A DNA stretch of 64,000 nt. Origin: Deferribacterales bacterium. Its GTDB lineage: Bacteria; Chrysiogenota; Deferribacteres; Deferribacterales; JAISNW01. The stretch spans positions 2,180 through 66,179 of the forward strand of contig JAVBTI010000105.1 in the NCBI GenBank assembly GCA_031556255.1, in the 5' to 3' direction. Below the pieces are notes generated by a model. It worked only from the letters and a program-made list of their open reading frames with translations. It searched no databases and was not told where the DNA came from. Of the stretch, positions 57,154-64,000 are shown piece after piece. Position 1 is the first letter of the stretch. The number at the start of each line of letters is the position of its first letter. The translations under genes and the position numbers were made by a program.

Positions 57154-57174
57154 GCCCTCCCCGCCGGGGAGGGC
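57154..57174 (+). repeat. GC-rich hairpin element GCCCTCCCC-GCC-GGGGAGGGC (family B, copy 2). Possible bidirectional terminator between serA and the TetR gene.
   Basis: Perfect 9-bp stem read directly from the sequence. It shares CTCCCCGCCGGGGAG with the reverse complement of 13247..13267. Only a weak T-run follows. Confidence 0.5.
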
Positions 57175-57177
57175 GGT

Positions 57178-57759
57178 TTACGTAAACAACCATTTAGTCA
57201 TTTGACCTTCGATTCCCGCTATATTGGATAATTCGTCCGCCATCGGTGTCAGAGTATTTAAAATAGTAACGTCTATTGTTCCCAGAATAGAGTTGACGGC
57301 AATTCTGCTTTTTAGCTCCAGTTCAGCATTTTCTGAGTGTGGTCTGATTTTTTTAATGAAAAACATGAAAAAATCACGGACGGAAAGCAGTATATTTTTA
57401 TAAGCCATGTATAGAAGTTCCCGGAACATGTTGTTGTCTGTAGAGTACATGAAGGCCACGCAATTGCGCAGTACCATGCTGTGAGACACAAAAATATCCC
57501 TGCATTTTTCCGTAATATCTGAGTAGTCCAGGTTTTGTTCGTACTTTATGCGAAAAATAAGGTCAGGTATCTCTTTTACCATAGGGAGGATGGCCTGCAC
57601 AAAACATTCTTCTTTGGTGCTAAAAAAGTTATAGAAGCTGCTTCTTGCGACTCCGGATTTGAGCACGATATCTATAACGGAAACATCCACATAGAGTTTC
57701 TCTGAAAACAGCTTTCTTGCGGTTACTAAAATGCGTTGCTCGATATTCAAATTAAACAC
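57178..57759 (-). CDS. TetR/AcrR family transcriptional regulator
   Basis: 193 aa. N-terminal HTH ILVTARKLFSEKLYVDVSVIDIVLKSGVARSSFYNFF. Confidence 0.85.
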   Translation of the reverse strand: MFNLNIEQRILVTARKLFSEKLYVDVSVIDIVLKSGVARSSFYNFFSTKEECFVQAILPMVKEIPDLIFRIKYEQNLDYSDITEKCRDIFVSHSMVLRNCVAFMYSTDNNMFRELLYMAYKNILLSVRDFFMFFIKKIRPHSENAELELKSRIAVNSILGTIDVTILNTLTPMADELSNIAGIEGQMTKWLFT

Positions 57760-57856
57760 CCCTTTGTGAACTTATCTTATAACATTTTTTTTGTCATGTA
57801 CATAGTGTTTTTTTAAATCTAAATGAATATCCATATTTTACAAGTAAAAAAAATAG

Positions 57857-57885
57857 TTGACAGAGTTTATTGATTAAAATATTAT
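57857..57885 (+). promoter_or_regulatory. Sigma-70-type promoter for the second Mo-oxidoreductase operon
   Basis: TTGACA (57857..57862), 17-bp spacer, TATTAT (57880..57885). A short dyad ACACAGTGT (57886..57894) sits at the predicted start site. Flanking ATTGATT / AATCAAT arms could be a TetR operator. Confidence 0.6.
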
Positions 57886-57977
57886 ACACAGTGTCCAAAA
57901 TCAATCATTAGTTTTTCAAAAAATTCAGTAACCATGAGAGATTGAGTTTGCACGTCAAGATTTTTAACAGGAAATGG

Positions 57978-60764
57978 ATGGAGGGGACAATAGTGGAAAA
58001 CATTAAACAAAATGCAGGGACAAGAAGACCGGGGCAGATTTCGCGGCGCGACTTTTTGATGGGTACTACTGCGTTAAGTGGCGCTGCCATTGTGGTCGGT
58101 TGTTCGAAGGATGACGGGGAAAGTATCATCTACTCCGCACCGGGGGAGTCAGCGGTTGAAGAGCGCTTGGCCAGAGTTGTATGCAGAACCGGGTGTGCCC
58201 AGCAATGCAGTATTAACGTTACCTTGCGCAATAACCGTGTGGTGAAGGCAAGTCGGGCGCCCATGCCCAACAGGGCCTATGACAGAATGTGCCTGAGAGG
58301 ACTGTCCAATATTCAGAAGATGTATGGTTCAGACAGACTTTTATATCCGCTTAAACGCGTGGACGGCACGCCCAGAGGTGGTGGCCAGTGGGAGAGGATA
58401 TCATGGAGCAAGGCCATTGAAATTATTGCAGAGCAGTTTACCAGAATACAGACAACCTATGGTCAATCGTCACTGCTGGTATCATCAGGTTTTGCGGATT
58501 CCGGCGGTTTTGATAAGATAAACAGATTATCAAGCCTTTTACGGACCAGCAGCCTTGCAGCGCGTTCCGATGTCAACCAGCACATAGGCATGCAGAGGGC
58601 ACTGGGTACGGTTGTGTCTTATCCCAGCATGAGCGGGAATGAACCCTGCGATATCGCCAACGCCAAAACCATCCTCTGCTGGGGCTGCGGCTGCACGGAC
58701 AGCGAACCGCAGGCCTGGCATTTTATCGCGGATGCTATGGAACACAACAACGCAAAGCTTATCGTGGTGGACGTGGCCATGCACACCGCCGCTGCGCGGG
58801 CGACACACTTTGTGCATGTGCGGCCCGGTTCCGACACGCTTTTGGCGCTTTCGATGATTTATGAGATTATGCAGCGTGATGATCCGGCGGCAGGCACTGG
58901 CTGCTGGGTTAACTACGACTTTATGGAAAAAAATACAGTAGCGCCTTTTCTGGTGAATACCGCCACCGGCAGTTTTTTAAGATTTTCCGATCTTGATACC
59001 GCTGAACAGGCTCTTGTCTACAACGCGGCCGCGGCCGGTGCGGATTCATTTATCGCCTATACCGGCACAGATTATGTTGCCACCGTCAAAGACGCGGATC
59101 TTATCGGCGCGGACGGCCAGGGCAAGCCTGTTTTTCCGGCAAACGGTATATGCGTGTTCAAAAGTGCGCCGCCGCTGGGGAGATACACGGTAAAAACAGC
59201 ATACGAAATGCTGAAAGATCATGTTGCAAACTATCCATCAAACGTGACCAAGGACAGCACGGGCGTCGAGCCTGCGGTTACTGCTAAAATGGCTGAAATA
59301 TACGCCACAAACGGGCCCGCGGTGCTTCTGCCGGGACTGGGTATAGATCATTACTCCAACGGCCACCATTTCTTTCACGCGGCTGTGACAATAGCCGCCA
59401 TAACGGGCCAGATAGGACGGTCCGGCGCGAGCATAGGAAACTTATACGGCTCTTCGTTCAACTATTGGATGTACAGCCCAAACGGACACGCTGCCATCGG
59501 CATCCCCCATCAGCTTTTACCGGTGGTCATGAATCTCGAGGAAAAGCCAGCGGATCTGATTCTGGCCCCGGGCATGGACATAGGCGGCCCGGAAGAAAAA
59601 TTCATGGGCAAACCGCTTAAAATCAGAGGTATGTGGATAGTCGGAGGCAATCCTGTGGGCGGCTCCGTCGGCTCGGAAAGCTTTAAGAAGATACTGACTG
59701 CCCGTGAAGGGGATAAATACAAAGTTGAGTTTGTTTTGCACGCCAATGTTGAAATGTCTGATACTGCCAGATATTCCGATATAGTGCTACCGGCCGCGCA
59801 TAATTTTGAGAAAAACGAAATTGCCGCCGCATCCAGAATGCCGTATATGACATATTCCGAAAAAGTGCACGAACCTATCGGGGAGTGCAAAACAGATTTC
59901 GCAATAACACGTCTGATGGCGGATGCATTGGGGTTTGGCAGCTACTTCTCTCTGTCGGATGATGAGTTTATGGAAACACTTATGGATGCAACTAACTATA
60001 AGGCGTTCTACAAAAATCTGACCGGTAAAGAGCCTGCTCCGGAGGTTATCCCCACTCTGGCCAGGCTTAAGACGGAGCGGGCCGTCCATGCGCTGCCGTT
60101 GGATTCCGCATCCAAACGGTATATATACCCCATGCACCGCAAGAAAAGCACATCCGGCGTGGACAGTATGGTTTTCGGAACCCAGATGTCCGTCTATTCG
60201 TGCAACTCCAAGAGGATAGAGTTCTACACCGATTCGGTATGGGTAGCGTTCAGCTACGGCCAGGTGCCTGCGGGACAGACAAAATTCACCGCCGCCGATA
60301 TAGGCGAAGACCGAATGAAGCTGGAGCGCCTCCCGGGCTGGGAAGAGCCGGTCGAATCATGGCCGGGGAAAAATTCGAGCTACCCTCTGCAGCTTTTTAA
60401 CGAAAAGCCGCGCTGGCGGGTACATACTTCATGGGCTTTTATTCCATGGCTGAGGGAACTTGATCCATATCCCACAGTCATTATACATAAAAATGATGCT
60501 GAACCGAAAGGTATAAAAACCGGGGATACGGTCAGAATATTTAATGCCAGAGGCAGTACAAAGGGTAAGGCTGTTGTGACGACGGGCATCAGGCCGGGCG
60601 TCATCAGGACATCCTGCGGCTGGGCGGAGTCGCAATATGAGAAGATTTTCGGCGAAGGCACCCTTACAAGCCAGTGTCTGACCAACACTTATGTGCATCC
60701 GGTTACGACTGTTGCCGCCTACTTTGACACTAATGCGCAAATTGAAAAGATAGAGGAGCAATAA
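57978..60764 (+). CDS. Molybdopterin (bis-PGD) oxidoreductase catalytic subunit with a Tat signal ending in a lipobox. Start uncertain: ATG 57978 or GTG 57993 (the ORF track gives TTG 57942).
   Basis: Twin-arginine SRRDFLMGTTALSGAAIVVGCS. FS0 motif CRTGCAQQC...C (C-x3-C-x3-C). DRLLYPLKR. The rest has a molybdopterin oxidoreductase layout. About 930 aa. Confidence 0.88.
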   Translation: MEGTIVENIKQNAGTRRPGQISRRDFLMGTTALSGAAIVVGCSKDDGESIIYSAPGESAVEERLARVVCRTGCAQQCSINVTLRNNRVVKASRAPMPNRAYDRMCLRGLSNIQKMYGSDRLLYPLKRVDGTPRGGGQWERISWSKAIEIIAEQFTRIQTTYGQSSLLVSSGFADSGGFDKINRLSSLLRTSSLAARSDVNQHIGMQRALGTVVSYPSMSGNEPCDIANAKTILCWGCGCTDSEPQAWHFIADAMEHNNAKLIVVDVAMHTAAARATHFVHVRPGSDTLLALSMIYEIMQRDDPAAGTGCWVNYDFMEKNTVAPFLVNTATGSFLRFSDLDTAEQALVYNAAAAGADSFIAYTGTDYVATVKDADLIGADGQGKPVFPANGICVFKSAPPLGRYTVKTAYEMLKDHVANYPSNVTKDSTGVEPAVTAKMAEIYATNGPAVLLPGLGIDHYSNGHHFFHAAVTIAAITGQIGRSGASIGNLYGSSFNYWMYSPNGHAAIGIPHQLLPVVMNLEEKPADLILAPGMDIGGPEEKFMGKPLKIRGMWIVGGNPVGGSVGSESFKKILTAREGDKYKVEFVLHANVEMSDTARYSDIVLPAAHNFEKNEIAAASRMPYMTYSEKVHEPIGECKTDFAITRLMADALGFGSYFSLSDDEFMETLMDATNYKAFYKNLTGKEPAPEVIPTLARLKTERAVHALPLDSASKRYIYPMHRKKSTSGVDSMVFGTQMSVYSCNSKRIEFYTDSVWVAFSYGQVPAGQTKFTAADIGEDRMKLERLPGWEEPVESWPGKNSSYPLQLFNEKPRWRVHTSWAFIPWLRELDPYPTVIIHKNDAEPKGIKTGDTVRIFNARGSTKGKAVVTTGIRPGVIRTSCGWAESQYEKIFGEGTLTSQCLTNTYVHPVTTVAAYFDTNAQIEKIEEQ

Positions 60765-60765
60765 A

Positions 60766-61452
60766 ATGAGCGAAGTAAAATATATCATGGTTGTGGATCA
60801 GCGGCGCTGCATGGGCTGCCACACATGCGTGATTGCATGCAAAGTGGAAAACAACATGCCTTCCGGCATCAATATGAACAACGTCCTGACCGAAGGCTCA
60901 AAGATAGTGGATATTCCGTACGGTTCAATACCGATGACGTCCGTTTGCACAATGGACGACTTCAACAGAGTGACGGGAACCCAAAGAATAGATTACATCA
61001 CTCAGGCCTGCCAGCACTGCGCGGATGCCCCCTGCGTTAAAGCCTGCCCCACAGGGGCGACATGGCAACGGGAAGACGGCATAGTTGCGATGAACTCGGA
61101 ATTGTGCATAGGCTGCGACAATTGCCGCAATGCATGTCTGTACAGTTACGGCAACATGCGTGTGCATATCCAGTCTCCGACCTTCGATCTGAATTTTGCC
61201 ACGGGCGACCAAAAGGCACCGAAAACTGTGGATGGTATCGTAAAGAAATGCACATTTTGCGCCCACAGAGTGGACATGGGGGAACAGCCTTTTTGCGTAT
61301 CCCAATGCCCTGCGAGGGCCCGCTATTTCGGCGATATGAACAACTCGGGAAGTGACGTCGCCATACTGATGGCAACGCGTGATTTCAAGAATATTCCGCC
61401 CGATATGGGAAAAACGGCCACCGAACCGTCAGTGTATTTCCTGAAACCATAA
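60766..61452 (+). CDS. 4Fe-4S ferredoxin-type subunit (DmsB-like) of the second Mo-oxidoreductase
   Basis: 228 aa. CMGCHTCVIAC, CQHCADAPCVKACP, CIGCDNCRNAC, CTFC...CVSQCP. The start is 2 nt after the catalytic subunit stop. Confidence 0.88.
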   Translation: MSEVKYIMVVDQRRCMGCHTCVIACKVENNMPSGINMNNVLTEGSKIVDIPYGSIPMTSVCTMDDFNRVTGTQRIDYITQACQHCADAPCVKACPTGATWQREDGIVAMNSELCIGCDNCRNACLYSYGNMRVHIQSPTFDLNFATGDQKAPKTVDGIVKKCTFCAHRVDMGEQPFCVSQCPARARYFGDMNNSGSDVAILMATRDFKNIPPDMGKTATEPSVYFLKP

Positions 61453-61484
61453 TAATTGATTGTATAACTTCTTCCTCCTCAAAA

Positions 61485-61508
61485 CAGCCCCCGGAACAGC
61501 GGGGGCTG
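61485..61508. terminator. Hairpin CAGCCCCCG-GAACAG-CGGGGGCTG between convergent genes
   Basis: 9-bp GC-rich stem read directly from the sequence. On the minus strand it is followed by TTTTGAGG, and on the plus strand it is preceded by CAAAA. It fits a terminator for the larE-like gene and possibly both genes. Confidence 0.5.
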
Positions 61509-61538
61509 CCGCGTAAGGAGAATTAGGTCAGAAAATTC

Positions 61539-62354
61539 TTAATAGATCTGTATCTTCGACAGTTCGTCCGGCATGCGGTAATCCACCACATATGCCGACT
61601 CGAAGCCGAGATACTTAAGATAATGGGCGATGCTGAGGCGCAGTTTGCCGATGGTGGCGACAGTTTCTTTTGCTCCGAGGCCGAGCTTCACGTTTTTTCC
61701 ATCATGCCAGACCTTGTAGTACTTAAACCCGTGAGATTTCAGGAAGTTTTCCGCCATTTCGACCGTCATCAGCATTTTTTCATTCACAGTCACGCCGTGG
61801 TCGAAATGGGTCATCAGGCAGGAGAAGGGGGATTTTTTCCAGGTGTCGAGCGCCAGCGATTTAGAAATCTCCCGGATGCCGGTCTTTGTTATCCCCAGTT
61901 CATCAAAGGGGCTTTTTACAGGCATCCCTTTCAAGGCGACTTTATTCTGGCAATACGTACCGGGTGCTTCGCCGGTGCTGCCTTCCACCACCGCGTTGAG
62001 CCCAAACCTTGCCGCCATATTTATCGCTTTTGTGATGAAGCCGTTTTTACAAAGGTGGCACCGGTTTTCGGGATTGTTTACAAATTCCGGGGCATTAAGA
62101 GGCGGCATGGATACGACAGTCAGCTTGGCGTTCAACAGTTTGGCTGTTTCCATTGCTTCCTGCTGCAGGGCATATGGGATCACCGGGGACTGGAAAAATA
62201 CTGCTTCGGTATTGTCTCCCAATATCTTCCGGGCGGTGTACAGGAGCAACGAGGAGTTTGTACCGCCGGAATAGCAGATCAACGCACTTTCCAACTCCGA
62301 AAAGTACCTGTATAGATTTTCCAGTTTCAGTTTCAGTGCGTCATTAAGTTCCAT
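61539..62354 (-). CDS. LarE-like PP-loop protein, divergent paralog 2
   Basis: 271 aa. Collinear with paralog 1 (CYSGGTNSS, NPENRCHLCK, SPFSCLMTHFDHG), but the PP-loop Asp is Asn and the SCLMTRF Arg is His. Confidence 0.7.
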   Translation of the reverse strand: MELNDALKLKLENLYRYFSELESALICYSGGTNSSLLLYTARKILGDNTEAVFFQSPVIPYALQQEAMETAKLLNAKLTVVSMPPLNAPEFVNNPENRCHLCKNGFITKAINMAARFGLNAVVEGSTGEAPGTYCQNKVALKGMPVKSPFDELGITKTGIREISKSLALDTWKKSPFSCLMTHFDHGVTVNEKMLMTVEMAENFLKSHGFKYYKVWHDGKNVKLGLGAKETVATIGKLRLSIAHYLKYLGFESAYVVDYRMPDELSKIQIY

Positions 62355-62490
62355 TAAGCCTTCAAGCGGTAAAATTACTCAGGGTATGACCCTGGTTATT
62401 TTTCATCATAACCTTTAATATGTCAAGATTTATAGTCTGATTTGTTGACTATAGGCCGCCTCAGGGGTATATATAAGCAGAGTGTGAATC

Positions 62491-63990
62491 ATGACAAGTC
62501 AAATGTTTGTGACGATTGTTGAAAACCTGTATATTTTTACGCTGCTCGTCTTCATCCTGATTATTATCATGTCGAAGAAGAAGACGGGTTCGTCGATAGC
62601 CTGGCTTGTTACGGTTATCTTCATCCCTTTTATCGGGATGCTTTTGTATATCATTCTGGGGGTGGACTGGCGCAGGCGGAAGATGTTCAAAGCCCGCTTG
62701 GCGAACAATCCGAACAAGGTGCTTGCAAAAATGTATGACACCTTTTCCGGCATGGACATCTCCCAATATGACACCAAAGATATCTTCGATTTCCACATGC
62801 CGAAAGCGGGGGGTATAGATGAACTCCTCGCCGGTACGGATATACATAAGTCCAGCGAAGAGGTTGTCAAGCTCCTGTATTACACAAGCGGCACCTATCC
62901 CACCGGCAACCGTTCCTGCGAGTTTTATTTCGATGGCGCCGGCGCTATGGACAGTTTGATAAAAGATCTGGAAAGCGCGCGGGAAAATATCTACATGGAA
63001 TTTTTCATCTGGCGTTCCGACGAACTCGGTGAAAGAGTAAAAGAAGTTCTGATAAGAAAGGCGCAGGAGGGGGTGGATATCAGGCTTATCACCGACGGGC
63101 TTGGTTCTTTCGGCCGCATATCCCGCAGATACAAGAGGGAACTGGCGAAGGCGGGTATAGATTTTAAATATTTCCTTGACGTACCGCTGAACATGCTCAA
63201 AATCAACTACCGCAACCACCGTAAAATGGCGATCATTGATAATAAAATACTCCATACCGGCGGCATGAACATCGGGCAGGAGTATATAGACGGCGGAAAA
63301 CATTTTGACGCTTGGCGGGATACCAACGTGAGGCTGGAGGGAGAGATAGTCATCCACTATCTGGCAGTCTTCGTGGCGGACTGGCTTAACAGCCGCGGAC
63401 AGGCGGATTTCCGGCTGCCGGAAAAGCCGGAACCCGCGGGAAAATATATGATGCAGATAGCCGCGAGCGGCCCCGACACGGTGTGGACTTCACTCCGCAT
63501 GCTCTACACCAAAATGATTACGAACGCCACGGAAGAAATACTGATAGAAACCCCCTATTTCGTCCCTTCCGACAATATATTGGAACAGTTGCAGATAGCC
63601 GCTCTGTCGGGAGTGAAGGTGAAGCTGATTATCGCGGGAGTTACAGACAGCTATGTGACTCTATGGGCGGCCGAATCGTACTACAGGGAGCTTCTTGGTG
63701 CCGGTATCAATGTATACGTTTACCGAAGAGGGTTTTTGCACTGTAAAAATGTTATAGTCGACAGAAAGATATGCACAACCGGTTCGTGCAATTTTGATTA
63801 CAGAAGTTTCGAGCTGGATTATGAAGTAAACTGCGTTTTTTACAACCGGGAGCTATCCGGCAAGATGAGGGAGCAGTTTTTCGAGGATCTCAAATTCTGT
63901 GACAGGATTACGTTTGATATTATAAATAAGAGGCATTTTCCGGTGAGGCTGAGGAATGCCGTGTGCCGCGTACTGTCGCCGTTACTGTAA
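62491..63990 (+). CDS. cls: Cardiolipin synthase (PLD superfamily)
   Basis: 499 aa. Two N-terminal TM helices and two HKD motifs (HRKMAIIDNKILHTGGMN and LHCKNVIVDRKICTTGSCN). Confidence 0.92.
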   Translation: MTSQMFVTIVENLYIFTLLVFILIIIMSKKKTGSSIAWLVTVIFIPFIGMLLYIILGVDWRRRKMFKARLANNPNKVLAKMYDTFSGMDISQYDTKDIFDFHMPKAGGIDELLAGTDIHKSSEEVVKLLYYTSGTYPTGNRSCEFYFDGAGAMDSLIKDLESARENIYMEFFIWRSDELGERVKEVLIRKAQEGVDIRLITDGLGSFGRISRRYKRELAKAGIDFKYFLDVPLNMLKINYRNHRKMAIIDNKILHTGGMNIGQEYIDGGKHFDAWRDTNVRLEGEIVIHYLAVFVADWLNSRGQADFRLPEKPEPAGKYMMQIAASGPDTVWTSLRMLYTKMITNATEEILIETPYFVPSDNILEQLQIAALSGVKVKLIIAGVTDSYVTLWAAESYYRELLGAGINVYVYRRGFLHCKNVIVDRKICTTGSCNFDYRSFELDYEVNCVFYNRELSGKMREQFFEDLKFCDRITFDIINKRHFPVRLRNAVCRVLSPLL

Positions 63991-64000
63991 AGGTATCGGG

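Noticed and set aside
61623-63357. 230-aa plus-strand ORF opposite the larE-like gene, and 298-aa minus-strand ORF opposite cls
   Set aside because: They are antisense to genes with clear family motifs (PP-loop; two HKD motifs) and their composition is non-protein-like.

Overview
64-kb chromosomal window, roughly 50% GC by eye, from a flagellated diderm bacterium (L- and P-ring genes present) with an anaerobic-respiration flavour. The taxon cannot be assigned from sequence alone. I support about 56 protein genes. I saw no rRNA, tRNA, CRISPR array, transposase or integrase.

Layout:
- (1) 0.6-18.1 kb, almost all minus strand: GNAT, cysteine desulfurase plus a small coupled ORF, an Ada-AlkA fusion (plus strand), and a co-directional cluster of methylmalonyl-CoA epimerase, a RACo-like 2Fe-2S protein, a MocR-like regulator and a Mo-bisPGD oxidoreductase A/B with a TorD-like chaperone. 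Then MltD-like, MscS, MltB-like and a LarE-like PP-loop protein.
- (2) 18.3-38.1 kb, all plus strand: an origin-type housekeeping block, dnaN-recF-gyrB-gyrA-folD-mnmE-mnmG-rsmG, then a lipoprotein, ndk, thrC, queA, and a Tat-signal DUF362 protein with a NapH-like polyferredoxin. It carries two perfect consensus parS sites, but neither dnaA nor parAB is in the window.
- (3) 38.1-54.4 kb, all minus strand: RNase D-like exonuclease, csrA-fliW-flgL-flgK-flgN-flgM-flgJ(rod-binding)-flgI-flgH with two sigma-54 promoters and one sigma-28 promoter, small accessory genes, and a triheme cytochrome c fused to a sulfite-oxidase-fold domain.
- (4) 54.8-64 kb: serC-serA, TetR, a second Mo-oxidoreductase A/B pair, a second LarE-like paralog, and cardiolipin synthase.

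There is no classical defence or mobile island. The most novel-looking items are:
- a 1314-aa giant FlgL;
- the Sec-signal triheme-cytochrome/Moco-domain fusion;
- two membrane-anchor-less Mo enzymes whose Tat signals end in lipoboxes;
- the degenerate RACo-like / lysine-less MocR-like pair upstream of one of them;
- the DUF362-polyferredoxin pair;
- an orphan Pycsar-effector-like TM gene next to dnaN.

All functional calls rest on motif recognition by eye. No database search was run.
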